Positions 28,414-36,884 of a stretch of 63,241 nt of DNA are shown piece after piece. The stretch's first letter is position 1; the number at the start of each line of letters is the position of its first letter. The notes under the pieces were generated by a model. It was not told the origin of the DNA. It did not search any database and saw only the letters and a program-made list of their open reading frames with translations. Source of the DNA: Candidatus Falkowbacteria bacterium RIFOXYD12_FULL_34_57 (GTDB lineage: Bacteria; Patescibacteriota; Patescibacteriia; Patescibacteriales; UBA12075); contig MFGN01000006.1 of the NCBI GenBank assembly GCA_001780285.1, positions 1 through 63,241 on the forward strand, written 5' to 3'. Both the position numbers and the translations under genes were made by a program.

Positions 28414-29289
28414 TTACTTATTATTAACTTTACTCATAATTTCTCTTAATTCATCATCTGAATAAAAGTGAATAATGATCTGACCGGCTCCCTTAGCTTT
28501 TCTTTTCACCTCTGCTTTAGCGCCGAAAAATTCCCTGAGAGCAAATTCCTTGTCTTTGTCCTGGTAATTGATCTGAATTTTGGCGCGCTTTGTACCGCCC
28601 ATTTGGCGGGCTTCTCCGCTAGTATCCTGAACCGACAAACCGCCATGCAATATTTTTCTAAAAAGACTCATTTGTTTAGTTTCTGAATCTAAGCCGATTA
28701 AATATTTAGCGTGTCCTTCTGTAATTTTTCCCTCTATCAATGCTAGTTTAATTTCTGCCGGAAGCCCAAGCATTCGGATGGTGTTAGCCACGGATGACCT
28801 GGATTTACCCATTTGTTTAGCCACTTCGTCTTGGGTTAACTGAAATTTATCCATTAATTCTTTATATGCCCCCCCCAAATCAATCGGATTCAAGTTTTCT
28901 CTTTGGATATTTTCAATTAAGGCTACTTCTAGCTTTTCCTTATCATCTGCATCTCGCACAATTACCGGTAATTTAGTAAGTCCGGCCATTTTTGAGGCGC
29001 GCAAACGGCGCTCTCCGGCAATCAATTCATATTTATTCCCTTTGCGGCTAACGATCAAGGGTTGAATTACGCCATATTCCTTAATTGATGCCACTAATTC
29101 ATCCAGCCTGGCATCTACAAATCTCTTTCGAGGTTGCAAGGGGTTGGTTTCAATATCACTAATACTCACTCTAAAAATCTTATTTTTATCATCACTAGAT
29201 ACTGCCATGTTGCCATTTTGCACAGGAACTGATTGTTTATTTGGAATCAGAGACCCGAGCCCCCTCCCTAATCCACTATTGTTATTCAT
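28414..29289 (-). CDS. parB: Chromosome partitioning protein ParB/Spo0J
   Basis: 291 aa. Has NPLQPR, LIAGERRLRAS and an HTH region (QDEVAKQMGKSRSSVANTIRML). Confidence 0.93.
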   Translation of the reverse strand: MNNNSGLGRGLGSLIPNKQSVPVQNGNMAVSSDDKNKIFRVSISDIETNPLQPRKRFVDARLDELVASIKEYGVIQPLIVSRKGNKYELIAGERRLRASKMAGLTKLPVIVRDADDKEKLEVALIENIQRENLNPIDLGGAYKELMDKFQLTQDEVAKQMGKSRSSVANTIRMLGLPAEIKLALIEGKITEGHAKYLIGLDSETKQMSLFRKILHGGLSVQDTSGEARQMGGTKRAKIQINYQDKDKEFALREFFGAKAEVKRKAKGAGQIIIHFYSDDELREIMSKVNNK

Positions 29290-29419
29290 ATATTTTTATA
29301 ATTAAAATTAATTAATTTAATAAACAACAAATCACAAATATTAAATTCTAAATAAATCTCAAAAATCAAATCTTAAATTCAAAACTTATGTATGTAGAAC
29401 TTACGCATTTGGACGTAAA

Positions 29420-29434
29420 AGATGTCGAACATCT
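29420..29434. promoter_or_regulatory. 15-bp palindrome AGATGT-cga-ACATCT (candidate operator / parS-like site)
   Basis: Perfect palindrome in the parB-parA spacer. A second copy lies at 29506-29520. Confidence 0.4.
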
Positions 29435-29505
29435 GCGAATTTTGTTTAATATTTATACTTAATTCATTTCTACGCGCTAATATTAAAATTTAAAGTGATA
29501 TGCGT

Positions 29506-29520
29506 AGATGTCCGACATCT
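29506..29520. promoter_or_regulatory. 15-bp palindrome AGATGT-ccg-ACATCT (second copy)
   Basis: Same arms as 29420-29434. Flanked by ATGCGTA, which is complementary to TACGCAT at 29402-29408. Confidence 0.4.
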
Positions 29521-29625
29521 CAATGAATGAAAAACAAGGTCAAACGCGCAAATCCTGGTATGTTTGAAATTTTGGTAATTGTAATTTTGAATTTATTTGT
29601 TATTTGTGATTTAATATTTGTAATT

Positions 29626-30399
29626 TTAACTTGTTTCTTCTTCTAATCCTATTATTTCTTGAGCCAATTTATTATATGCTTTTCCCCCTTTTGATCTTGG
29701 ATCATAATGAAGTATTGACCGCCCGAAAGAAGGCGCCTCTGCAAGCCTGACAGCCCTCGGAATAACAGAACGAAACACTCTATTTGGAAAATATCGATAA
29801 AGTTCGGTCATTACCGAACCGGAAAGCTTGTTTCTTTTATCAAACATGGTAATTACCGCGCCCATAATCCCCAGACTCGGCTTTAAACCGTTTTGTACCA
29901 ACGAAATAGTTTCAAGCAATTGACTAAGGCCCTCTAGAGCATAATACTCGCTTTGAATCGGAATCAATATCTCGTCTGCGGCCACCAAACTATTTACTGT
30001 AATAAGCCCGAGAGACGGCGGACCGTCAACTATGATATAATCATACTCATCCCTAATGTCTTCCAATACTTTTTGCAAACGAAACTCTCTATCCTCCATG
30101 TTAACAAGCTCAATTCCTGCTCCGGCCAAAGCAATAGTAGAAGGCGCTACAGAAAAACGATCCTGCAGGGTGTGTTTAATTATTGAATAAATAGGTTTTT
30201 GACCAATAATAGCTTCATATATTCCATATGGCAAATTTTTGTGATCAATCCCGATTCCAGAGGTAGCATTGGCTTGTGGATCCACATCTACAAGGAGAAC
30301 ATCTTTCCCATGATGCGCCAAATAAGACCCTAAATTTACGGCCGTAGTGGTTTTTCCCACCCCCCCTTTTTGATTAACAATAGAAATTATTTTTCCCAT
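29626..30399 (-). CDS. parA: Chromosome partitioning ATPase ParA/Soj
   Basis: The track ORF starts at TTG 30408. The ATG at 30399 gives MGKIISIVNQKGGVGKTTTAVNL (deviant Walker A). DVDPQANAT and DGPPSLG are present. Confidence 0.93.
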   Translation of the reverse strand: MGKIISIVNQKGGVGKTTTAVNLGSYLAHHGKDVLLVDVDPQANATSGIGIDHKNLPYGIYEAIIGQKPIYSIIKHTLQDRFSVAPSTIALAGAGIELVNMEDREFRLQKVLEDIRDEYDYIIVDGPPSLGLITVNSLVAADEILIPIQSEYYALEGLSQLLETISLVQNGLKPSLGIMGAVITMFDKRNKLSGSVMTELYRYFPNRVFRSVIPRAVRLAEAPSFGRSILHYDPRSKGGKAYNKLAQEIIGLEEETS

Positions 30400-30538
30400 A
30401 CGATGCAATAAAAAATTAAAAGTTTATAAAGTTGAAAGTTTATAATAAATAGAAATTTTGAAAAAATTTTTTCTAGGTTTTTAACTTTACGGACTTTCTA
30501 CTTTTAACTAATACTAATTATAACCCAAAAAATAACCT

Positions 30539-30567
30539 TTGACAATTTTTAAAATATACGCTAATAT
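30539..30567 (+). promoter_or_regulatory. Promoter of the tRNA-Leu gene
   Basis: TTGACA (30539-30544), 17 nt, TAATAT (30562-30567). Confidence 0.6.
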
Positions 30568-30588
30568 AATTTTAAGAAATACTGATAA

Positions 30589-30630
30589 ATGTGGGGTCGG
30601 ACCACTATTTTAGGAGTCCGACCCCCACAT
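30589..30630 (+). other. GC-rich 14-bp perfect hairpin in the tRNA-Leu leader
   Basis: atgtggggtcggac-cactattttagga-gtccgacccccacat. Confidence 0.8.
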
Positions 30631-30642
30631 TTACTTAAATTA

Positions 30643-30724
30643 GCCGATGTGGTGAAACTGGTAAACACGCACGACTCAAACTCGTGTGCCTCACGGCTTG
30701 TGGGTCCGAGTCCCACCATCGGCA
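30643..30724 (+). tRNA. tRNA-Leu (anticodon CAA), type II, no encoded CCA
   Basis: Acceptor stem GCCGATG/CATCGGC with discriminator A. D stem GTG/CAC. Anticodon stem CACGA/TCGTG with loop CTCAAAC. Variable arm GCC-TCAC-GGC. T stem GTGGG/CCCAC with loop TCCGAGT. Confidence 0.85.
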
Positions 30725-30727
30725 CAA

Positions 30728-30760
30728 TAAAAACAACTGGCTTTTGCCGGTTGTTTTTAT
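30728..30760 (+). terminator. Intrinsic terminator after tRNA-Leu
   Basis: aaaaacaactggcttttgccggttgttttt. Confidence 0.8.
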
Positions 30761-30982
30761 TGTAATGATGACTGGGTAAAAACCCGCCATGAGCAATATG
30801 AAGCATAGTAGAATATATTCAAAAGCCACAACCTAAATAAACAGTAAAAGATAACCACATGATCGGGATGTCCGCCATATGTGTGTACACACCATCTTTA
30901 TTCACATTGACATTCTTAATAAAACATGTTAACATAATTCAATATTTTAAATAAGATTTCTTTAACAAAAGGGAGAGATATA

Positions 30983-31330
30983 ATGAACAAATTTTTTACT
31001 AAGTGGAAAGCCTTTTTTTGCGGAAGCGATGATTTGACCCACGAGGAAGTAAAAAGATATTTCAATTTTACTTTAAGCAATTTAAGCAGTATTCTAATTA
31101 TCATCAGTCTTATCATTATTCTTAATTCTTTTTTAGCCGCTCTTTTTTTAGGGCTTGGTATTTATCTGGTAATCTTTACTATTTTCAGCAATGAATATTA
31201 CAATTTTATGATATTTTATTCTTTGCGATCTATTGAAAAAAACACCCTCAATACTGATAAAAAAATAAACGCTTTACAAAAAGCAATTGCCAGAAAAAAC
31301 AGAAGGAATAGCTTTAGAAAAAGAAGGTAA
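30983..31330 (+). CDS. Small membrane protein (hypothetical)
   Basis: 115 aa. TTGACA-17-TAACAT at about 30909-30937 and GGGAGAG precede the ATG. Two TM helices and a basic tail. Confidence 0.6.
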   Translation: MNKFFTKWKAFFCGSDDLTHEEVKRYFNFTLSNLSSILIIISLIIILNSFLAALFLGLGIYLVIFTIFSNEYYNFMIFYSLRSIEKNTLNTDKKINALQKAIARKNRRNSFRKRR

Positions 31331-31338
31331 AACAATCT

Positions 31339-31367
31339 AAATCAGTGAAAAAATTCACTGATTTTTT
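31339..31367 (+). terminator. Intrinsic terminator
   Basis: aatcagtgaaaaaattcactgatt followed by tttt. Confidence 0.8.
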
Positions 31368-31423
31368 ATTTTAAAACACTAAACCATTAAGGATTATTAA
31401 AAATTGGAAATTAAAAACAAGAA

Positions 31424-31612
31424 AAGCCTGAAAGGCTTTTTGAAGTCTCCGCCTGAGGCGGACACAGCGCCTTTCCATGCCCGCCTCAGGCGGGGGCGTG
31501 GTGAATAATGGAATAATAATAAAAAAATAATCCCCCTTCGGGAGATCCCCCACAAGATGAAGCCATATAACAGATATGGGGTTAGGGGGAAAATTCCTAT
31601 ACGATTAAAAAA
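31424..31612. repeat. Intergenic GC-hairpin repeat element, copy A
   Basis: aaaagcctgaaaggctttttgaagtctccgcctgaggcggacacagcgcctttccatgcccgcctcaggcgggggcgtggtgaataatggaat...aatcccccttcgggagatcccccacaagatgaagccatataacagatatggggttagggggaaaattcctatacgat. Almost identical to 53768..53987. Confidence 0.9.
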
Positions 31613-31690
31613 TTATCTAAAGTGTGGTATAATATATATAATTAGAAACCAAAAACCTAGAATCGCTTTGCAATATTTTTTTAAAAAATT

Positions 31691-32263
31691 ATGCCAACCA
31701 CAGACAAACAACTTATCACCGAAAAACAAGCTTTAGATATTTTTTTCAATCTTTTGAACAGCTCGTATTCTGAACTTTTTTATGATTTTAACAAACACCT
31801 AGATCAGTTTCACGACCTTGATATTCAAAATGAAAAAATTGCTAAAATGTCTTTTTTACTAATGCTGGCCGTATTGGAAATAGAGTGTACCCGCAATATC
31901 CATTCTGAGCAGCTTGCTAATAAAATGTATCATTATTTCTTGGAAAATATTCTAAAAACGCTTGAAGATAAATTTAATGAAATTCAGGCGGAGAGATACC
32001 GGGATATTATTCATAATGAGCTGGCGGACTACAAGCAAAAATATCACGAATCGCTGGAGCACAATAAACGAAACCCTTGCTATAGTCTTCTGGAAAATGT
32101 CATTGATAAACATCTACATATCTGTTTTGAAAACCACACCAGTAAAATCTACCTTGAAAACACCAACACCATAAATCCTATCATTACCAAGCTATCAAGT
32201 GATTTTCTAACTGATTCTATTTATATTTCTAAAAAAATATTTACAGAATATGAGGTGGGTTAA
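31691..32263 (+). CDS. Hypothetical protein (190 aa, helical)
   Basis: ORF with an extended -10 (tgtggTATAAT, about 31634-31644) upstream. No recognisable motifs. Confidence 0.55.
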   Translation: MPTTDKQLITEKQALDIFFNLLNSSYSELFYDFNKHLDQFHDLDIQNEKIAKMSFLLMLAVLEIECTRNIHSEQLANKMYHYFLENILKTLEDKFNEIQAERYRDIIHNELADYKQKYHESLEHNKRNPCYSLLENVIDKHLHICFENHTSKIYLENTNTINPIITKLSSDFLTDSIYISKKIFTEYEVG

Positions 32264-32295
32264 CCAAAAATACATGAGCCAATAAAAGATATAAT

Positions 32296-32331
32296 AAAAA
32301 ACGCATCAATTTATTTACTGATGCGTTTTTT
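32296..32331. terminator. Bidirectional terminator between convergent genes
   Basis: aaaaaacgcatcaatttatttactgatgcgtttttt. Confidence 0.8.
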
Positions 32332-32350
32332 AAAGTCTAAAATTATATTA

Positions 32351-33481
32351 TCATTCAACTTTTTTCCAAAAAATAAAATACAAATAAGCGCCGCCGGCAA
32401 CCAGAAACAATATCTTCAAGTTAGCCGCGAAAACAATCGCTAAGGAAAAAACTATTACCCGAGCAATCGCTACCGGTATTTCGCGGAACGCGAAAAAAAC
32501 AGTGGCTTTTTCCTTTTGCGAAATTCTATAAAAGAAAGAATAATAAGGCACTGAAAATACTACATAAAATATTCCGGAAAAAAATGTCAAAATATAAAAA
32601 GCCGGCTCATTGTCAAAAATAAACCTGAAAACCCAAACCATGGCTATGAAAACTACGCTATAACGCATCATGCTTGATTTATCTTTCTTATCGGATAGTT
32701 TACCGATTGCAAAAGTAAAAAAAGCCGAACTGAGCGCTAATAAAGTACCGATCATACCAACGGACGCCACATTGATCAAGCTGACATAAACAAAAATCGG
32801 CCAAATTACGCCCTCTATTTCTTCGCCGATATTGCTAAAAATCTCTGCCTTAAAAAATTTTCTATATTTTTTATAAAGATTAATCCCCTCTCCAAATTTA
32901 AATTCATATTTTATGCCCGGAATCTGAGTATACAAAATCGGAATAAAATCAATTGCAAATAAAATAATAGCGGTTAAATATAAAACTTTAAAATTTGAAT
33001 TTAAAATAATCAACCCTCCGATCAAGGGTCCAAACATGGCGACAACTTGCGGAATAGCCAATAATTTACCTGTTTCCCTTCCCAATTTCCGCTCCTGTGC
33101 AAACCCGGAAAACAAAACATGCAGAGGGATAAAATAAAAAGCGGCCTGCAAGCCGTCTATAAAAGCCAAAATATACAAAGGAAAATTAATATCTTGCAAA
33201 TAATATAAAATACCTAAAAACAATAACAAAATCGGAAAACGAATAATAAATATTTTTTTAATGCTAATAAACTTTTCCAAAAATATAACTAAAAAAGCCC
33301 CCAAACAAATTACCGAATTCTGAATAATGTAATAAACAAAAACCTGCGGCAAAGAAAAACCCAATTTCAAAAAATAAATCGGGATAAAAATACCTATCAA
33401 TGACCACCCCAAACCCTCAATTGAATTCATCACATGCAGCCTGAGCATGTTTTGTTTCAGATTTAAAAATTTTATCAGCAT
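32351..33481 (-). CDS. Polytopic membrane transporter, MFS-like
   Basis: 376 aa with about 10-12 predicted TM helices. Its ATG overlaps the stop of the upstream GH130 C-terminal frame (TTATGCTGA). Confidence 0.6.
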   Translation of the reverse strand: MLIKFLNLKQNMLRLHVMNSIEGLGWSLIGIFIPIYFLKLGFSLPQVFVYYIIQNSVICLGAFLVIFLEKFISIKKIFIIRFPILLLFLGILYYLQDINFPLYILAFIDGLQAAFYFIPLHVLFSGFAQERKLGRETGKLLAIPQVVAMFGPLIGGLIILNSNFKVLYLTAIILFAIDFIPILYTQIPGIKYEFKFGEGINLYKKYRKFFKAEIFSNIGEEIEGVIWPIFVYVSLINVASVGMIGTLLALSSAFFTFAIGKLSDKKDKSSMMRYSVVFIAMVWVFRFIFDNEPAFYILTFFSGIFYVVFSVPYYSFFYRISQKEKATVFFAFREIPVAIARVIVFSLAIVFAANLKILFLVAGGAYLYFIFWKKVE

Positions 33482-34529
33482 AAATCTAATAATTTACTTA
33501 AATCGCAAACCGCCGTACAAATAACAGAATCGGCGGCGCCGTAATAAATCCGCAGTTTGTCGCCGACAACCACCGCGCCGCAGCAAAAAACCACATGTGG
33601 CATAATATGTTTCTTTTCCGCCTCTTGTAAATATTTATTCAATTCTTTTTTGTCATTTTCTCCTCTTCTTTTAATCCAATCGGCAAAACATCAACTATGC
33701 CATAGGTTTCATATGATTCCCTGGGACTAAAAACCGGCTTATCCGATCTATACAAAATTTTCCTGGGATTTTTCGCGTCCAATAAAAGCACTCCGATTTG
33801 GTAACAATTTTTACGGTTAACGCCATGATAAAGAACAAGCCACCCCTTTTTGGTTTTAATTGGCGGCGGACCCATTTCTACAAATACATTATCAAAATAA
33901 TCCCCTTTTCTTGGCGTCAAAAATGGTTTTTGATCACCCGTCCATTTTATTCCATTATCAGAAGCTGCGAACCAAATTCTCTGTTCCCCAAATAACATCA
34001 AAAAACCACCATTAATCTTCTCGGGAAATATTCCACCAGACTTTGACCATTCAACATCTCTTGACCTAATAAATGGTTCTCCTTTTTCGTTGAATTCTAT
34101 ATAGACACCGCCGGCTTTTTCAAAACTCCAATCACAAAAAGCAGGTCCATATTTATTCCATTTTTTCAAATCCCTGGATATGGCTATGCTCAACCTAGGT
34201 GTTATACCATCATAGGCCCCATAAACCATATAGAATATATCTCCTATTTTCGTAATTCGCGGATCTTCTAATCCCCTTTTCTCCCCTTCTTCATCTCCCA
34301 GAAGCAATGGCCCATCATATCTTTGGAAGTTCTCTCCGTCATCAGACACGGCATATCCTATTGCTGATTTCCAATGTTTCCCACCATTCACGGATCGATA
34401 AAATAAATGATACCGACCGCCACAATAAATAACTCCGGGATTATATAATTTTAAACTCTCCCAATCGTGTTTCGGATCGGGCTTTAAAATTGGATTTAAT
34501 CTAGAGCGTATAAATAAATTTTTATTCAT
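33475..34529 (-). pseudogene. GH130-family glycosidase/phosphorylase (DUF377-like) interrupted by a frameshift in an A6 run
   Basis: ORF 33639..34529 (296 aa; NPGVIYCGGRYHLFYRS, IGYAVSDDG, LEDPRITKIGDIFYMVYGAYDG) stops at 33639. A different frame, 33475..about 33650, continues ...ELNKYLQEAEKKHIMPHVVFCCGAVVVGDKLRIYYGAADSVICTAVCDL, which is the conserved GH130 C-terminus. The frames meet at the T6/A6 run 33646-33651. Confidence 0.75.
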
Positions 34530-34541
34530 TTTTTATGTATT

Positions 34542-36812
34542 TTAATTTTCCTCTAATTCCTTTATTTTTTCTTTTAACTCCTTATTATCGGGATTTAGGG
34601 CTGAAACTTTTTTAAAAAAATACAAAGCTTCCTGCTTTTCTCCTGTTTGTTCAAAGCTAAGCCCAAGACCATACAGGGCATTGGCGTGTATTGGAGACAC
34701 GGTTATTACTTGACGAAAACTATTTATTGCCCCTCGAAAGTCTCCCAAATTATAATAAGCTCTTCCTAATTCATAATAAATATCAGCTCTGGAATTATTT
34801 TCGGATAATTCTTCCAAAATCATTAATGCTTCTTTTTCCTGACCGGCGCCGATATAGCTTTTGGCTAGATTAAACTCTGCTTCTAGATAATTACTTTTTA
34901 AACCCTTAGCCTTCTCTAGTATTAAAATAGCTTCTTCGGGATTGTTGTTTATTAGCAGCTTTCCGAGTTCCAACGCTAATACCGGATTACTCGGTTCAAG
35001 TTCGCTCGCTTTTTTAAACATCTGGATTGCAAGCTCCTGATAGGAATAAGAATATTCTCCGATTTGCCTATAAATCATGGCTAGTGTTTCATATGGCACA
35101 ACATAATACGGAGCTAATTCAATGGCGCGGCCGGCAAAAAAAATACTTTTTTTAAAATGACCGCCTGCTAATTCTAAGTCTCTTTTATTATCTTCTTTTT
35201 TAAATTCTCTCAGGGCAATTCCTGCGTGGTATTTGGCTAAATCAGCCGGATAATTATATCTGTAGGTATTTAAAATAATTGCCCTATTCATACTGTCTTC
35301 TGTGTGCATCTGAAAATAAATATCAGCTGCATAATATTTCACAGCGTATCCAAGCAACACGAACCAGGCAAAAAACGAGATTAATATTATTATTTTAATT
35401 ATTGCGTTTTTAACCTTCTCTGATGCGCGCGGCAGGCGTAATTCATAATTCTTTATTTTTAATTGACCGACATTTAATCCAAAGAATAGCCAAAACAAGA
35501 ACAATAAATTAATGTTCACCGAATAAACAAACTGTCCCAAAAACAAAACCAAAAAGGGAATTCCGGTAATAAAAAACAGGCAAATATTATTATTTTTTTT
35601 ATTTCTTAAAAATTTTACCGCCGCATAAATCCAAAAAGTAAAAATAAACAAATATGACAACAAACCAAAAATACCCAAAGATATAAACAAATTCAAAATA
35701 TGTGAAGCGGTCTTGTTGAATCTAATATGCCAAAAGGGGGAATTATTCATCTCGGCATTACGGAGATCTGAAAAAATATATTTAAAATTTTCCAGCCCCA
35801 CACCCAAAAATAAATCCCTGCCTCTCATTTTTTTTGCAATATCCAGGGTGTTACCTATGTCTAATTGTAATTTTTGAGAAACCCGCTCCTTTGTGCTATA
35901 TCCATTTAAATTATAAAAATTAAAAAATATAAACACACAAGATACAAAAAAAAGAGACAAGATTAATATTTTATAACTATTATTCTTAAAAAATATTCTA
36001 AAATTAAAAAATATTTTTTTTGCTTTTTTTAATTCTTTTTCTTTTTGTTCAATTTCCTGTGTCGTTTCGGACCGCAACCCAAATCCCCTTGTTATAAAAT
36101 CAAAAATTAATATTAAAATCAGTCCAAACGAAAAACACCACCATGCCGGCAAAAAATTAATAAAGATTAAAAATAAAAATGAAACCACCAATAATGATTT
36201 CATTAAAAACATTTGCGGGTATTTTTTAAACATCTGCTTGTTTTTACCGCAAATAAAAATAGCAAGCAATAAAATATTAAAAAATACAATCAAAATAGAA
36301 AAATCCTCAAATGACCCTTGAGAAAATTCAAACCACTCCACTAAATACTTACTAATTCCATACAAAATAAAAATAAAAAATATAATAATCAATCCAAAAC
36401 TACTTATCACTATTTTTAATATTTTTTCTACACCCCCCTCTTTTAATTCCCGGGAAATTAAAAAATAAAACAAAACCATAGTAAGCATAGAGGTAAAAGA
36501 TGCCCCAAAATAACCATATGCTCCCCAAAAAGAAGAAAAACGATCTATGCCGAAAATGGTAGAAATAAATGAAAAAAACAGAAAAACCAAAATAAAAAAA
36601 TCCAAAATATTTATTTCTAGTTTAAATTTTTTACCATTATTCTTCAAAAGTAACCACAGAACAAAAACCCAAGGAACCGTTGCAAACAACAAAAAATTCT
36701 TATGAAAATTATCAACTCCTGCCAAACTATTAAAAACCGGCAAAAAAAACAAAGGCAAAAAAAATGCTAATCCATAAATTAGATATTTAATAAATTTTTC
36801 TGAATTTAACAT
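34542..36812 (-). CDS. O-antigen ligase/polymerase-like polytopic membrane protein with C-terminal TPR repeats
   Basis: 756 aa. About 12 TM helices are followed by about 250 aa of TPR-like repeats (AIELAPYYVVPYETLAMIY..., ELEPSNPVLALELGKL..., YYELGRAYYNLGDFRGAINSFRQVI...). Confidence 0.7.
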   Translation of the reverse strand: MLNSEKFIKYLIYGLAFFLPLFFLPVFNSLAGVDNFHKNFLLFATVPWVFVLWLLLKNNGKKFKLEINILDFFILVFLFFSFISTIFGIDRFSSFWGAYGYFGASFTSMLTMVLFYFLISRELKEGGVEKILKIVISSFGLIIIFFIFILYGISKYLVEWFEFSQGSFEDFSILIVFFNILLLAIFICGKNKQMFKKYPQMFLMKSLLVVSFLFLIFINFLPAWWCFSFGLILILIFDFITRGFGLRSETTQEIEQKEKELKKAKKIFFNFRIFFKNNSYKILILSLFFVSCVFIFFNFYNLNGYSTKERVSQKLQLDIGNTLDIAKKMRGRDLFLGVGLENFKYIFSDLRNAEMNNSPFWHIRFNKTASHILNLFISLGIFGLLSYLFIFTFWIYAAVKFLRNKKNNNICLFFITGIPFLVLFLGQFVYSVNINLLFLFWLFFGLNVGQLKIKNYELRLPRASEKVKNAIIKIIILISFFAWFVLLGYAVKYYAADIYFQMHTEDSMNRAIILNTYRYNYPADLAKYHAGIALREFKKEDNKRDLELAGGHFKKSIFFAGRAIELAPYYVVPYETLAMIYRQIGEYSYSYQELAIQMFKKASELEPSNPVLALELGKLLINNNPEEAILILEKAKGLKSNYLEAEFNLAKSYIGAGQEKEALMILEELSENNSRADIYYELGRAYYNLGDFRGAINSFRQVITVSPIHANALYGLGLSFEQTGEKQEALYFFKKVSALNPDNKELKEKIKELEEN

Positions 36813-36825
36813 ATCGCATTAATGA

Positions 36826-36855
36826 CATAGAGACGCGCCGTGGCGCGCCTCTATG
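36826..36855 (-). other. GC-rich hairpin between genes
   Basis: catagagacgcgcc-gtgg-cgcgcctctatg. There is no clear U tract. Confidence 0.5.
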
Positions 36856-36884
36856 AACACATTTTATGTAAAATTTATAAAAAA

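Noticed and set aside
30561-30829. Minus-strand ORFs 30561..30806 and 30635..30829
   Set aside because: They overlap the tRNA-Leu gene, its leader hairpin and its terminator on the opposite strand.
31371-31553. 60-aa minus-strand ORF (MGDLPKGDYFF...) and short plus-strand ORFs inside repeat copy A
   Set aside because: They lie entirely within the GC-hairpin repeat. Copies B and C differ by indels that destroy the frames, so no coding potential is conserved.
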